Part shown: positions 10,582 through 20,202 of the stretch, in pieces
Numbering within the stretch: position 1 is the first letter of the stretch
Layout of the letters: each line of letters opens with the position of its first letter
Assembly: GCA_965217775.1 (NCBI GenBank)
Contig: CBDCJH010000002.1
Coordinates: 1,472,001-1,536,000 of the forward strand
Reading direction: 5' to 3'
DNA: 64,000 nucleotides
Origin: Acidobacteriota bacterium
GTDB taxonomy: Bacteria; Acidobacteriota; UBA6911; RPQK01; JAJDTT01
Program-made: the position numbers and the translations under genes
Notes under the pieces: model-generated
Seen by the model: the letters and a program-made list of their open reading frames with translations, nothing else
What the model was told of the DNA's origin: nothing
Database searches by the model: none

Positions 10582-10620
10582 TTGACAGAATCTCATGAGT
10601 CATTGTGTAATCACATGTAA
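10582..10620 (+). promoter_or_regulatory. Putative sigma70 promoter/operator for the GntR gene
   Basis: TTGACA (10582), 18-bp spacer, TGTAAT; overlapping TGTAATCACATGTAAT could be an operator. Confidence 0.4.
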
Positions 10621-10625
10621 TTTCC

Positions 10626-11351
10626 TTGCAATCACACGCCAAAGTTCGAGTCGAGAAGAAGTCGAGGCTCCGGGATCGAGTGTATGCGGAGCTGAAACGC
10701 AAGATCGTGAGCCGGGAACTTCCCACCGGCTCGCGCCTCGTGTTGCGTCGGCTGGCGAAGCGGCTCGGAGTGAGCGTGACGCCCGTTGTGGGGGCCATTC
10801 AGCGTCTGGAGCGGGACGGGCTGATCGTGATGGTGCCCGAGCTGGGTGCCTTCGTCAAGCAGTGGACTCGGGGGGAGATCCTGGAAGCGTACTACATTCG
10901 AAGGGCTCTCGAGAAGGAAGCGGCCCGCTTGTTTGTGGAGAGGGCGAGTCCGGAGGACAAGCGCAAGCTCATCGAACTCAACGATCTCTTCGATGGTTGC
11001 GCCTCCAAGGACCCGCTCAAGTGTGATGAGGCGGATATCAACCTGCACCTGCACATCGTTCGTTCCACGGGTCTACCAAGACTGTACGAACTGACCGCGA
11101 ATTCAAAGATCGGAACCACACTTCTCCATGGACTGACCATGTCCCGCTCGGAGTCACCCGAGGAAGTGGCTCTCAGTTTTCAGAGTAATCTGGGCTGTCA
11201 CAAGCCCCTGATTGAAGTTCTCCTGGGTGACGATCCCGAAGCGGCAGAGCGGGAGATGGCGAGACATATCGATAACATTCTCGAGGTGATTCTTGGTATC
11301 AAAGAAGAACCGAATAGTCCCAGTATTCAAGTTGTTTTAGAGGTCCCTTAG
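10626..11351 (+). CDS. GntR-family (FCD) transcriptional regulator
   Basis: LRDRVYAELKRKIVSRELPTGSRL...LGVSVTPV HTH; C-terminal FCD with D...H and AEREMARHI. Confidence 0.9.
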   Translation: MQSHAKVRVEKKSRLRDRVYAELKRKIVSRELPTGSRLVLRRLAKRLGVSVTPVVGAIQRLERDGLIVMVPELGAFVKQWTRGEILEAYYIRRALEKEAARLFVERASPEDKRKLIELNDLFDGCASKDPLKCDEADINLHLHIVRSTGLPRLYELTANSKIGTTLLHGLTMSRSESPEEVALSFQSNLGCHKPLIEVLLGDDPEAAEREMARHIDNILEVILGIKEEPNSPSIQVVLEVP

Positions 11352-11380
11352 GTCCCTGAGCCATATAAGGAGGGGAAGCA

Positions 11381-14300
11381 ATGACCCGACTCGCAAGATT
11401 GACGATTATCATATTGGCGGCAACTTTCTATCCTGCGTCAACCTACGGCCAGTCCACCACCTACGCCCGAATTCTGGGAACGGTGTCGGACCCGTCGATG
11501 GCCGTGGTCCCCGGAGTCGATGTTCAGGTCCTCAATCAGGCCACCAACGTGTCGCGCACCACCTTCACCAACGATTCAGGCGACTACCTGGTGGACAAGC
11601 TCATTCCCGGTACTTATGACGTGTCTGCCGTGCTGCCTGGATTCAAGAGGCAGGTCCTGACCGGCATTGTGCTCACCGCTGAGCAGAAGGCGCGAATCGA
11701 TATCGTCATCACCCCCGGCGAGATTGACGAAAGCGTCACGGTTCAGGCGGAAGCGCCTGTCATCGACACGGACACGGCGGAGTTGAGTGCCCTGGTGGGC
11801 CAGCAGACGATCCTGAATTTCCCGCTGGCCGGACGCAAGCTCAACAAACTCACCTACCTGACGACGGGAGCGGTCCAGCAGGGTCTGTCGACGGACAGCG
11901 ACCTCTACGGCGGGGGGATGCCGGCGTTCAACGGGATGACCTCGACGGCCAACAATCTCATGATGGACGGTGCCAACAACACGAGCATTTGCCTGGCGAC
12001 TCCAGTGGTATCCCCAACTCCGGAGACGATCCGGGAATTCAAGGTCATCACCAACAACTACTCGGCGGAATACGGCCGGGTGGGTGGAGCGGTCATCAGC
12101 ATGGTCAGCAATAGCGGCTCCAACGAATTCCACGGCCATGTCTGGGAGTACCTGCGGGACGAGAAATTCGATGCCAACCAGTTCTTCAACAATCGAATCG
12201 GAGGAGAACGGCCGCCGCTGAAACTCCACACGTTCGGAGGAGCAGTTGGAGGCCCCATCTTCAAAGACAAGACTTTTTTCTATGGCAGCTACGAACGGTT
12301 CATAGACGACGCCTCATCTCCCGGCTTCCTGACCGTCCCGACCTCGGCCGAACGGCAAGGAGACTTCAGCAATGGGGATGGACCTTTCGGCTTTGCGCCC
12401 ATCTACGACCCGTTTGACGTCGTCGACGGACAGCGCTCCGCGTTCCCCGACAACCGGATCCCTCAGAGCCGGTGGAACCCCGTCTCTCGAAAGGTCCTGG
12501 AACTGATCCCCTACCCGGAGCCGAATCAGGCAACCTTTCCCAACTATGCCTATCAGCACACCAGAAGTCTCAGAAGGAACAAGTATTCCTTCCGGGTCGA
12601 TCATCACTTCGCCGGAGAGGACACTATCTTCGTACGGTACAACTTTCAGGACTCTCCCGAGACCTCCCACACGCCGGCCGTGGGTGTCCCCGGAATGCTT
12701 CACGGAGTCTACCAGGGCACGAACGACCTGGAGCACGGCTGGGCGACCGCGGCAGGCTGGGTCAAGCCGATCGGCTCCAGGCTGATCAATGAGCTCAATT
12801 TCAGCTTCTGGTCCTTGAAGCGCTTCCGGGCGAGCATCGACCAGACAAACTGGGTCGAGGACGTGGGCTACGACATCGCCGACAAGGTGCTGCTGGAGGC
12901 TCCGGATGGAGGGCGTGGGCCGGGGGGGCTTCCCTCCATCCGCGTTTCCGGTTATGCCTCCTACTCGGGCTACGGGGCCGAGGAGCTCGGAGACTGGGGC
13001 CTCAACTTCAAGGACACAATCTCCTGGAACCGCGGAAACCACTACCTGAAGCTAGGTTTCGAGCACATGCGCAGCCTGGACATCCGGAATCGATGGGTCC
13101 CGCAGGGGAGCGCCAGCACCAGTTTCGACGGCTTCTCCAGCGGTGAGATCACCCCGACGGGGGTCAATTTCGGGCAGCCCTTCGCTGACTTCCTGCTGGG
13201 AACGGCAGCATCCGTGAGCGCCAATGTGCTCGGTGGAGGCGGCTTCGGAATCGGGGGGATCGGTCAGCTGAACATCGCCCAGTACAGCGCCTTCATCAAC
13301 GATGACTGGAAGGTCTCCCCCGACCTGACTCTGAACCTGGGCCTTCGGTGGGAACTTCCCTTGCCGCCCGTGTACCTCTTCAACCGATACAACTGCTGGG
13401 TTGAGCTGCAACCGGACCGCTTCAATCCCGTCCAGGTGGTACCCAAGGGATTTCCCTTCCAGTCGGACCTGGTCACCGGAGGAGACCTCTCGAGCCTCGC
13501 GATTCCCTTCCAGGAGAGGGATACGGAGCGCTGCCAGCCGGTGCGCTACAAATACTTTGCGCCTAGATTCGGCTTGGCTTGGAGGCTTTTTGGAAGCAAC
13601 CGGACCGTGCTGCGAGTAGGAGCCGGTCTCTCCTACGACCAGGATGTGGGAAATCTGAAGGCGGCGCCCGGCTATATCGGTCCTTTCTCGGGCAGGGTCG
13701 GCGAAACCCAGGAGCGAGGGGAGGCGCCCCGTATCTTACACGGGATCTTCCGGACCTTGCCCTTGGCGGCGGCCAGCGCCGAACACATCACCGACTACTT
13801 CTACGACCCGGATTGGCAGGAAGGGCAGATCTACAGCTACAACCTTTCCCTGCAGCACGAAATCTTCGGGGGCACGAAGCTGGAGGTGGCCTACGTGGGT
13901 CACCAGACTCGCCACCTGCGTAACGGGCGCCCTTGGAACGTCTCCATGCCCGAGGGCTTTACCGTAACCGTGCCCTATACGGAGCAACGGGTCGTGGTCT
14001 CAGGAGATCAGAGGGCACGCCGGCCCATCCCCAACGTGAGGCCCAATATCATGACCCACAGCGACGGGGCGACCGATTACAACTCGCTTCAAGCCAAGTT
14101 GGAGCGGCGATTTCGGGACGGGATCTCCCTGTCTACGGGTTACACCTGGTCCCGAACGATGGCTCACAACTTCCACGGGACTTGGTTCGAAGGTGCAACC
14201 TGGAACGAGTTCGACCGTAGGAACATGAAGACCAGAACCCATTGGGACCGGAACCACACTTACTACGGCGCATTTCTGTGGGCGCTGCCCATCTTCAAGA

Positions 14301-14773
14301 ACGCTACCGGGCTGACCCGGAGCCTGCTGGGTGGTTGGGAGGTGACCGGCCTCGTGTCGCTAGCCTCGGGCGAGCCTGTCGGTGTCGCCATATCGAGAGA
14401 CCTCTGGAACCAGGGACCGCGCCGCCGCGTGCTCCCGGACCGGGTGGGTCACGGCCAGCTCGCGGAAAGTCAGAGGACCCTGGATCGGTACTTCGACACC
14501 GGCGCCTTTGTGGAACCGACCAACTTCAGTCTCGGTAACTCGGCCTACCTGGCGCTGGAGTCGGATGGACTGGTCCTGGTGGACATGAGCTTCCACAAGA
14601 GGTTCTCCCTGGGAGAGACCAGGCACTTCGATTTCCGTGTCGATATGTTCAACGCCTCGAACCACACTAATTTTTCCAAACCCAACGGGACGGTCGACTC
14701 CGCAAGCTTCGGCACCGTTCGGGGAGCGGGTACCGCTCGCCAGATCCAGTTGGGCTTCCGTTTCTACTTCTGA
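11381..14773 (+). CDS. TonB-dependent receptor, Acidobacteria type (carboxypeptidase regulatory-like N-domain)
   Basis: Signal peptide, ILGTVSDPS.AVVPG, NYSAEYGR.GG, SGSNEFHG, LTLNLGLRWE, C-terminal RQIQLGFRFYF; GGAGG RBS. Confidence 0.95.
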   Translation: MTRLARLTIIILAATFYPASTYGQSTTYARILGTVSDPSMAVVPGVDVQVLNQATNVSRTTFTNDSGDYLVDKLIPGTYDVSAVLPGFKRQVLTGIVLTAEQKARIDIVITPGEIDESVTVQAEAPVIDTDTAELSALVGQQTILNFPLAGRKLNKLTYLTTGAVQQGLSTDSDLYGGGMPAFNGMTSTANNLMMDGANNTSICLATPVVSPTPETIREFKVITNNYSAEYGRVGGAVISMVSNSGSNEFHGHVWEYLRDEKFDANQFFNNRIGGERPPLKLHTFGGAVGGPIFKDKTFFYGSYERFIDDASSPGFLTVPTSAERQGDFSNGDGPFGFAPIYDPFDVVDGQRSAFPDNRIPQSRWNPVSRKVLELIPYPEPNQATFPNYAYQHTRSLRRNKYSFRVDHHFAGEDTIFVRYNFQDSPETSHTPAVGVPGMLHGVYQGTNDLEHGWATAAGWVKPIGSRLINELNFSFWSLKRFRASIDQTNWVEDVGYDIADKVLLEAPDGGRGPGGLPSIRVSGYASYSGYGAEELGDWGLNFKDTISWNRGNHYLKLGFEHMRSLDIRNRWVPQGSASTSFDGFSSGEITPTGVNFGQPFADFLLGTAASVSANVLGGGGFGIGGIGQLNIAQYSAFINDDWKVSPDLTLNLGLRWELPLPPVYLFNRYNCWVELQPDRFNPVQVVPKGFPFQSDLVTGGDLSSLAIPFQERDTERCQPVRYKYFAPRFGLAWRLFGSNRTVLRVGAGLSYDQDVGNLKAAPGYIGPFSGRVGETQERGEAPRILHGIFRTLPLAAASAEHITDYFYDPDWQEGQIYSYNLSLQHEIFGGTKLEVAYVGHQTRHLRNGRPWNVSMPEGFTVTVPYTEQRVVVSGDQRARRPIPNVRPNIMTHSDGATDYNSLQAKLERRFRDGISLSTGYTWSRTMAHNFHGTWFEGATWNEFDRRNMKTRTHWDRNHTYYGAFLWALPIFKNATGLTRSLLGGWEVTGLVSLASGEPVGVAISRDLWNQGPRRRVLPDRVGHGQLAESQRTLDRYFDTGAFVEPTNFSLGNSAYLALESDGLVLVDMSFHKRFSLGETRHFDFRVDMFNASNHTNFSKPNGTVDSASFGTVRGAGTARQIQLGFRFYF

Positions 14774-14783
14774 TCCGGGCCCA

Positions 14784-14818
14784 CGACGGGAGTTCGGTCA
14801 GCGACCGGGCTCCCGTCG
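14784..14818 (+). terminator. Strong stem-loop after the TBDR (terminator or mRNA stabiliser)
   Basis: cgacgggagttcggtc-agc-gaccgggctcccgtcg, 16-bp stem with G-U pairs; no U tract. Confidence 0.5.
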
Positions 14819-15046
14819 GGTTTCCGAACCCGGAGCATCCGTCCGAATCAACCCAAGCAGCGGCCGATGCCATTTCCCGTCGCGCAAACCGTAGCCGTTG
14901 CCCCCCTTGGAGTTCCGGAGGATCCCTTCCCTTGAGCGGGTTCCCTATCGGCGGCCGGGCCGCTTCGTCGAGTTTTCGGCGGAGCCATTCGACGCTCTGG
15001 CCAGGTTCCGCTTGAAGTACGTCTGGCCTGGACGATGGGAGGTGAG

Positions 15047-16699
15047 ATGAAACGGAGACGCTTCTTGAGCCTGTTCGGAGCGGGAGCCGCCGGCTCAGCA
15101 CAGGTTCCCAGCCGGGCTGCCACCCAGGGAGCCTGGCAGCCGAAGCCTGGTTCTCCCGAGCCCGGTACCGCAGAGGAGACGCTGTCCCGGCTCCGGCCGC
15201 TGGGAGGAGAGAGTCCCTTCGAAGTGGCCGATCGGGCCCAGTTGTTCGTGGACAGGCTGCTGGTCTGGGAAAGCCGGGACGTCTCCTTTACCCTCCATCC
15301 GGCCCAGAAACACCCGAGCAACCCGATCCTGAAGGCGGATCGTCCGTGGGAGGGGTGGAGGCTGGTGCTCTTTGGCAACGCCTTCTTCGACCAGGACGAG
15401 GGGCTCTTCAAGATGTGGTACGGCGGCGAGAGTGGACGGAAGTCCCGGCTCCCCTACTTCCCCCAGACCGAGTACAACCAGAGCCTCTACGCAGTCAGCC
15501 GGGACGGCATCGTCTGGGAGAAGCCTCTCGTGGGAACCGTGGCCGCAGCCCGGGGGGAGCCGTACCACCACAACTGCATCGCTCCGGTGGAGATTCCGAA
15601 TGTCTTCAAGGATCGCCAGGATCCGGATCCGCAGAGGCGCTACAAGATGGTCACCTTCATCGGAGATCCCCGAGAAGGCAGGGGCTACTACTCCATGGTC
15701 TCGCGCGACGGTCTCGAGTGGAACCAGTACAGTGCATCTCAGATCGCCCCGTCCCGGGACTGGATCACCGGATTCTACGATGAGCGCCGAAAGCTGTATG
15801 TCGCCTATCCCAAGATAGGCACGCTCCTGGATGGCCATGTCCGGCGTGTCTACTATGTCATGACCAGCACCGACTTCCGGCGCTGGAGCACCCCTGTCCT
15901 GGCCTTCGCGCCCGATCACCGGGATGACGCCGGTTCCCATCGCCGCATCCAGGAGATCCGCCGCCTGCTGGATCTGGATGTACCTGACGACCCGGCGCTG
16001 ATGAGGACCGAGTTCTATGGACTCGGTTTCTACCTGGCCGAAGACTGCACCCTGGGGTTTCCTTGGATGTTGACCATCAACAACGATGATCGCTACGGCA
16101 ACCAGGAAGGGATCTCCGAGATCCAGCTCGCCGTCTCGAGGGACCTGGTCCACTGGGAACGGCCCTTTCGGGTCCCGTGCATTCCCCGGGGAGAATCGGG
16201 AGAGTGGGATACGGGATTCTTCACCACCCAGTCCCAGGCGTTCAGGGTGGGTGACGAGATCTGGCTCTACTACGCCGGTTCCAACTACTCCCACGGCTGT
16301 CCCTGCTTTTACGAGACGGAAGGGGCAGGGCAGGGAACCCGGTACACGGGCAGCATCGGCCTGGCTCGGTGGAAGCTGGATCGGTTCGTATCCGCCGATG
16401 GTCCCCCGGGAGGAGGGACCCTGACCACCATTCCCGTCGTCTTCACGGGACAGCGTCTGGAGATCAATGGACGGACCCGGGCCCGTGGAGAGATTCGAGT
16501 CAGGATCCTGGACGAAGTGGGTAAGCCGCTGGAGGGAGTCAACCCCTCCCAGCCCTTTCGGGGCGATGAACTGCGACACACATTGCGCTGGCAGGGGGAA
16601 GACCCCGTCCCTGGGCTGCAGGGTCGACCGGTGACGCTGACCTTCGACCTCCGGGATGCCGAACTGTACTCCTTCGCATTCCGCAAGATCCCAGCATGA
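15047..16699 (+). CDS. Tat-exported five-bladed beta-propeller glycoside hydrolase-like protein
   Basis: MKRRRFL Tat motif; NPILKADRPWE, S.DG..W Asp-box-like repeats, IWLYYAG; C-terminal GTLTT..V.F.G..L.IN domain. Confidence 0.75.
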   Translation: MKRRRFLSLFGAGAAGSAQVPSRAATQGAWQPKPGSPEPGTAEETLSRLRPLGGESPFEVADRAQLFVDRLLVWESRDVSFTLHPAQKHPSNPILKADRPWEGWRLVLFGNAFFDQDEGLFKMWYGGESGRKSRLPYFPQTEYNQSLYAVSRDGIVWEKPLVGTVAAARGEPYHHNCIAPVEIPNVFKDRQDPDPQRRYKMVTFIGDPREGRGYYSMVSRDGLEWNQYSASQIAPSRDWITGFYDERRKLYVAYPKIGTLLDGHVRRVYYVMTSTDFRRWSTPVLAFAPDHRDDAGSHRRIQEIRRLLDLDVPDDPALMRTEFYGLGFYLAEDCTLGFPWMLTINNDDRYGNQEGISEIQLAVSRDLVHWERPFRVPCIPRGESGEWDTGFFTTQSQAFRVGDEIWLYYAGSNYSHGCPCFYETEGAGQGTRYTGSIGLARWKLDRFVSADGPPGGGTLTTIPVVFTGQRLEINGRTRARGEIRVRILDEVGKPLEGVNPSQPFRGDELRHTLRWQGEDPVPGLQGRPVTLTFDLRDAELYSFAFRKIPA

Positions 16700-16771
16700 G
16701 GAGTCGCCGTCACTTTGACGGCAAGACCCGTGGTCCGCGTGGTTGCATGGAGTTTGGGAATTTTGAAAGAA

Positions 16772-18592
16772 ATGAATAAGAAGGACCGAACCAGAAATGG
16801 TCTCCTGGGGATTCTCAGCCTGTCCCTTATCCTCGGCTGGGGATGTGGAACCGCGGAAGGACCCCAGATCCAGGATGAGCACTCCCCAACCGTTGCCACC
16901 GGCAAGGCATCGTCCTTGGGAACCCGGGCTTTCTCTCCCAATGGGACCATTCACCCGAGAGGGCAACCAACCACCTACTTCTTCGAATACGGGACCGGCA
17001 AGGAGTACGGCCGTCGCACTGAAGAGCGTCCCCTTCCTCCGCGGTTGGCCGCCTACTACAGGGAGACCTGGGATGAAGGTCTGGGTGGATGGTGGAGCTG
17101 GCTCGAGGCCAAACACGTCCCTTCAGGGGGAATAGCTGAAGGGTACGTCAGCTACTCCGAGCCCAGCCAACATGATCACAATCACGACGATGGAATCGGG
17201 ACCCTGCACCTGATCCAGTCCCTTGTGTGCGGCAAACACTGGACGGTGGGCGACTGCGATCCATCCCAGGGGCCTTGCCTGGCTGCCGGAGATCCGGACC
17301 TGCGGGATGCCCACGTAACCATATCGGTTCGGGGACATGACTGGGAACCCAACGGCTCGGAAGTTCTCTGGTGGAGCGTGTCCTATGTCAACATCGAGAT
17401 GATAGACGATCCCGGGTGGAGGGGTGCCAACTGGGCCTACACGGGATTCCTCCTTACCGACTACCTGATGGATGGACTGTGGCACACGGTGAAGTATCGC
17501 CTTTGGAATGACACGTCTTACTGGTCTTTCGGAGGGAACAATCCTACCCAACAGGGGGGTGTGGCCCGACGCTATGACTACACCTCCGTCGACTCGACCC
17601 AGGGGCACGTGAATTGGGACTTCTTCCACCTGGCGGCGTTCATCGACATCGAGAATCCTCCCTCCGGGACCGTCGAATTCGACGAGTTCCAGTTGGTCTA
17701 TCGCAATGAGTCGCTGCTCTTTCCGAGCAATGGTGGCCGGCTGGTGAAGTCGCCCCCGGACTCGTCTTCCGATGCAGCCACTCTGACCGACGGCTGGCGC
17801 CACGGTGAAGGACACCAGTGGAGGAGCGCGGAGAACCCCTCTGAGCCTCAGGAGTTTGTCTACTCCTTCCAGCGGCCCGTTACCATCGACGCCGTCCAAC
17901 TTCACCAGAATCCCTCCTGGCCGGTGCGTCAGGTTGAGGTGCTGGTTTCACCGGACGGCGATGAGTACACCCCGCTGTTCAGGCGGGAACTACCGCAAAA
18001 GGGAGAAGCAGGCCCCAACTCGGCCTACACGTTGGATAGAGGGCTGGGCGCCCGGGCGGGATTCCTGAAGCTGCGCCTCATCTCCGGATATCAGGATCGG
18101 TATTGGGGATTGGGAGAGATCGAGATCTTCGGCACCGGCGCCGTGATGCTTCCCGACGACGATCTCTACCATGTGAACACCGACATCACCGGCTTGACCC
18201 CGGGGACGACCTACCACTACCGGTTGGTGGCGAGGAGCGCATCCGGCATCACCTGGGGAGAGGACCGGCAGTTTACTGTGCCCGCCACGAATCAGCCGCT
18301 CGCCACGACGGGTAAGGCCACCCGCATCAGCTCGAACTCCGCCAAGGTGGAGGGTCGCCTGAATCCCATGGGAGTCCGCACCAACTTTCACTTCGAGTAC
18401 GGAACGGAGTCGTCCTATGGTCTTCAAACCGATCCCAGCTACGGCGGGTTCCAGATCACGCCCCGGACGGGTTTTGCCGAACTGAAGAATTTACAACCGT
18501 CCGCCAGCTATCACTACCGGATTGTCGCCGTCAGTGAGAAGGGAACCGCCTACGGTGAAGATGCCACCTTCAAGACGCAAGACGCACCATGA
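16772..18592 (+). CDS. Secreted (lipo)protein with FN3-like and discoidin/CBM32-like domains
   Basis: LILGWGC lipobox-like; FEYGT...YG and LTPGTTYHYRLVA FN3-type repeats; LTDG...W...IDAVQL...EIEIFG F5/8C-like segment. Confidence 0.7.
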   Translation: MNKKDRTRNGLLGILSLSLILGWGCGTAEGPQIQDEHSPTVATGKASSLGTRAFSPNGTIHPRGQPTTYFFEYGTGKEYGRRTEERPLPPRLAAYYRETWDEGLGGWWSWLEAKHVPSGGIAEGYVSYSEPSQHDHNHDDGIGTLHLIQSLVCGKHWTVGDCDPSQGPCLAAGDPDLRDAHVTISVRGHDWEPNGSEVLWWSVSYVNIEMIDDPGWRGANWAYTGFLLTDYLMDGLWHTVKYRLWNDTSYWSFGGNNPTQQGGVARRYDYTSVDSTQGHVNWDFFHLAAFIDIENPPSGTVEFDEFQLVYRNESLLFPSNGGRLVKSPPDSSSDAATLTDGWRHGEGHQWRSAENPSEPQEFVYSFQRPVTIDAVQLHQNPSWPVRQVEVLVSPDGDEYTPLFRRELPQKGEAGPNSAYTLDRGLGARAGFLKLRLISGYQDRYWGLGEIEIFGTGAVMLPDDDLYHVNTDITGLTPGTTYHYRLVARSASGITWGEDRQFTVPATNQPLATTGKATRISSNSAKVEGRLNPMGVRTNFHFEYGTESSYGLQTDPSYGGFQITPRTGFAELKNLQPSASYHYRIVAVSEKGTAYGEDATFKTQDAP

Positions 18593-18778
18593 GAGGATGC
18601 CCGCGGTCGGAGTTGTCCATGCTCGAGTGGCCCGGCTCCGTGACCAACCGCCGGTTTCGATTCCAGTTCGGCGCCGGGGAATCCGTCGAAATAGCCACTG
18701 TGTAACTCTGGGGAAACGCTGCCTATCGAAAAAGCCGCCTGGAAGCGCGGCCGGATGACCGTATCAAAGGAGGAATTC

Positions 18779-19921
18779 ATGATTCAGGAGAGAATTACCA
18801 GACGCCGGATCCTGGGAGGGCTGGCTACCCTCGCCGTTACTTCCCGGAAGGTAAGACCTGTCTGGTCTCTACCGGCGGAGGGATCCCTCAGCGCCGGCGT
18901 TCTCAGCGAAGCTGGCAGCCACGCCGAACACTACCTGAAGGGCTTCGCGCAGGCCCGGGGAGTGGGTCGAGTGGCCCTTTCCGACCCCACGGGGAAGACC
19001 TTCGAGCAGGCGAAAAAACTGCTGGGTGGGCGTCTGGAAGGAACCTACCGGAGCCATCGGGAGATGCTGGAGAAAGTTCACCCCAAGCTGGTGGTCGTAA
19101 CTCTGGAAGGACATCATGCGCCTCCCGCCATCCGATTGGCCTTGGAGGCGAACTGCCATGTGATGACGGAGAAGCCGGGCTGTGCTCGCCTGGAAGACTT
19201 CGAGCCCCTGGTCGAGCTGGCGGAGTCGCGCGGCCTGGACCTGATGTTGGCCATGGCGACCCGAGTGAGTCTGGCCGTCAAGAAGGCACGAGACCTGATC
19301 CAGTCCGGCTATCTGGGGAAGCCCTACTCGGCCACCATGGACTGGATCAGCGATCAGACGCGCCTGACCCGCCCCGAATATCAACGCTCCTGGCTCTCCT
19401 TCAAAGACAAGGCTGGAGGCGGAAAGCTCATCTTCCATGGAATCCACTATTTGGACCTGATCCAGTTCCTCACGGGAGATCGAATTGACCGGATCACATC
19501 CCTCTGCGAGAACGTGGGAGGACAGCCCATCGAGGTAGAGGATGCGGCAGTCGTCTCCTTTCGCCTCAGCAAGGGCTTGGTGGGAACCCTCAACACCGGA
19601 TACTACCTGGATGAGGACTACCAGAACCAGGTCCGGGTCTGGGGTTCGAAGGGTTGGTTTCATCTGGACCTGCCCTATGGGGAGACCGTGAAATGGTATT
19701 CCACCCATCCCGAGGCACCCCGGGGTGTCCAGTTCTTCCAATATCAGGACGATCCCAACCCACCCTACCTGTACGGTCCGCTGGTGCAGGAGGCAGTTGA
19801 CGCCGCCTTGGGGCTCTCCCAGCCTCCCATGACAGCACAGGAGTGTCTCCACCTCATGAGGGTGATTTTCGCTGCCTACCGGGCGGCGGAAACGGGTAGA
19901 ACGCAGGAGGTGACGTCGTAA
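18779..19921 (+). CDS. Gfo/Idh/MocA oxidoreductase with Tat signal
   Basis: ITRRRILG; HVMTEKPG; GGGKLIFHGIHYLD; VEDAA. Confidence 0.9.
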   Translation: MIQERITRRRILGGLATLAVTSRKVRPVWSLPAEGSLSAGVLSEAGSHAEHYLKGFAQARGVGRVALSDPTGKTFEQAKKLLGGRLEGTYRSHREMLEKVHPKLVVVTLEGHHAPPAIRLALEANCHVMTEKPGCARLEDFEPLVELAESRGLDLMLAMATRVSLAVKKARDLIQSGYLGKPYSATMDWISDQTRLTRPEYQRSWLSFKDKAGGGKLIFHGIHYLDLIQFLTGDRIDRITSLCENVGGQPIEVEDAAVVSFRLSKGLVGTLNTGYYLDEDYQNQVRVWGSKGWFHLDLPYGETVKWYSTHPEAPRGVQFFQYQDDPNPPYLYGPLVQEAVDAALGLSQPPMTAQECLHLMRVIFAAYRAAETGRTQEVTS

Positions 19922-20202
19922 AGGAGCGAATCCGGACCGTCGAATAGCACATCCGAAGCAAGAGCCTCCATGATCCGGAGACCATTATGAGGACCGTTGG
20001 CCAATCTCCAAATTTGATCTCGGGAGCCTTGGTAAGATCAATGTATTGGCGGCGGCGAGCAAAAGGTCGTGCCCCTCCCATGAAGGCGGGGCCGGTGGCA
20101 AATCCCAGGTTGCGCATGGCGATTTGGGAAGTGACGAGTGCGGCGAATTGGCTCACCAGGAAGAAGCGTGTTGACGATCCTCTAAGTTTATAGACGATTC
20201 CA

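Noticed and set aside
15095-17116. 673-aa minus-strand ORF (also 5316-6692, 36590-38308, 47876-49090, 59087-60727)
   Set aside because: Antisense to genes with clear family motifs; no recognisable domains of their own.
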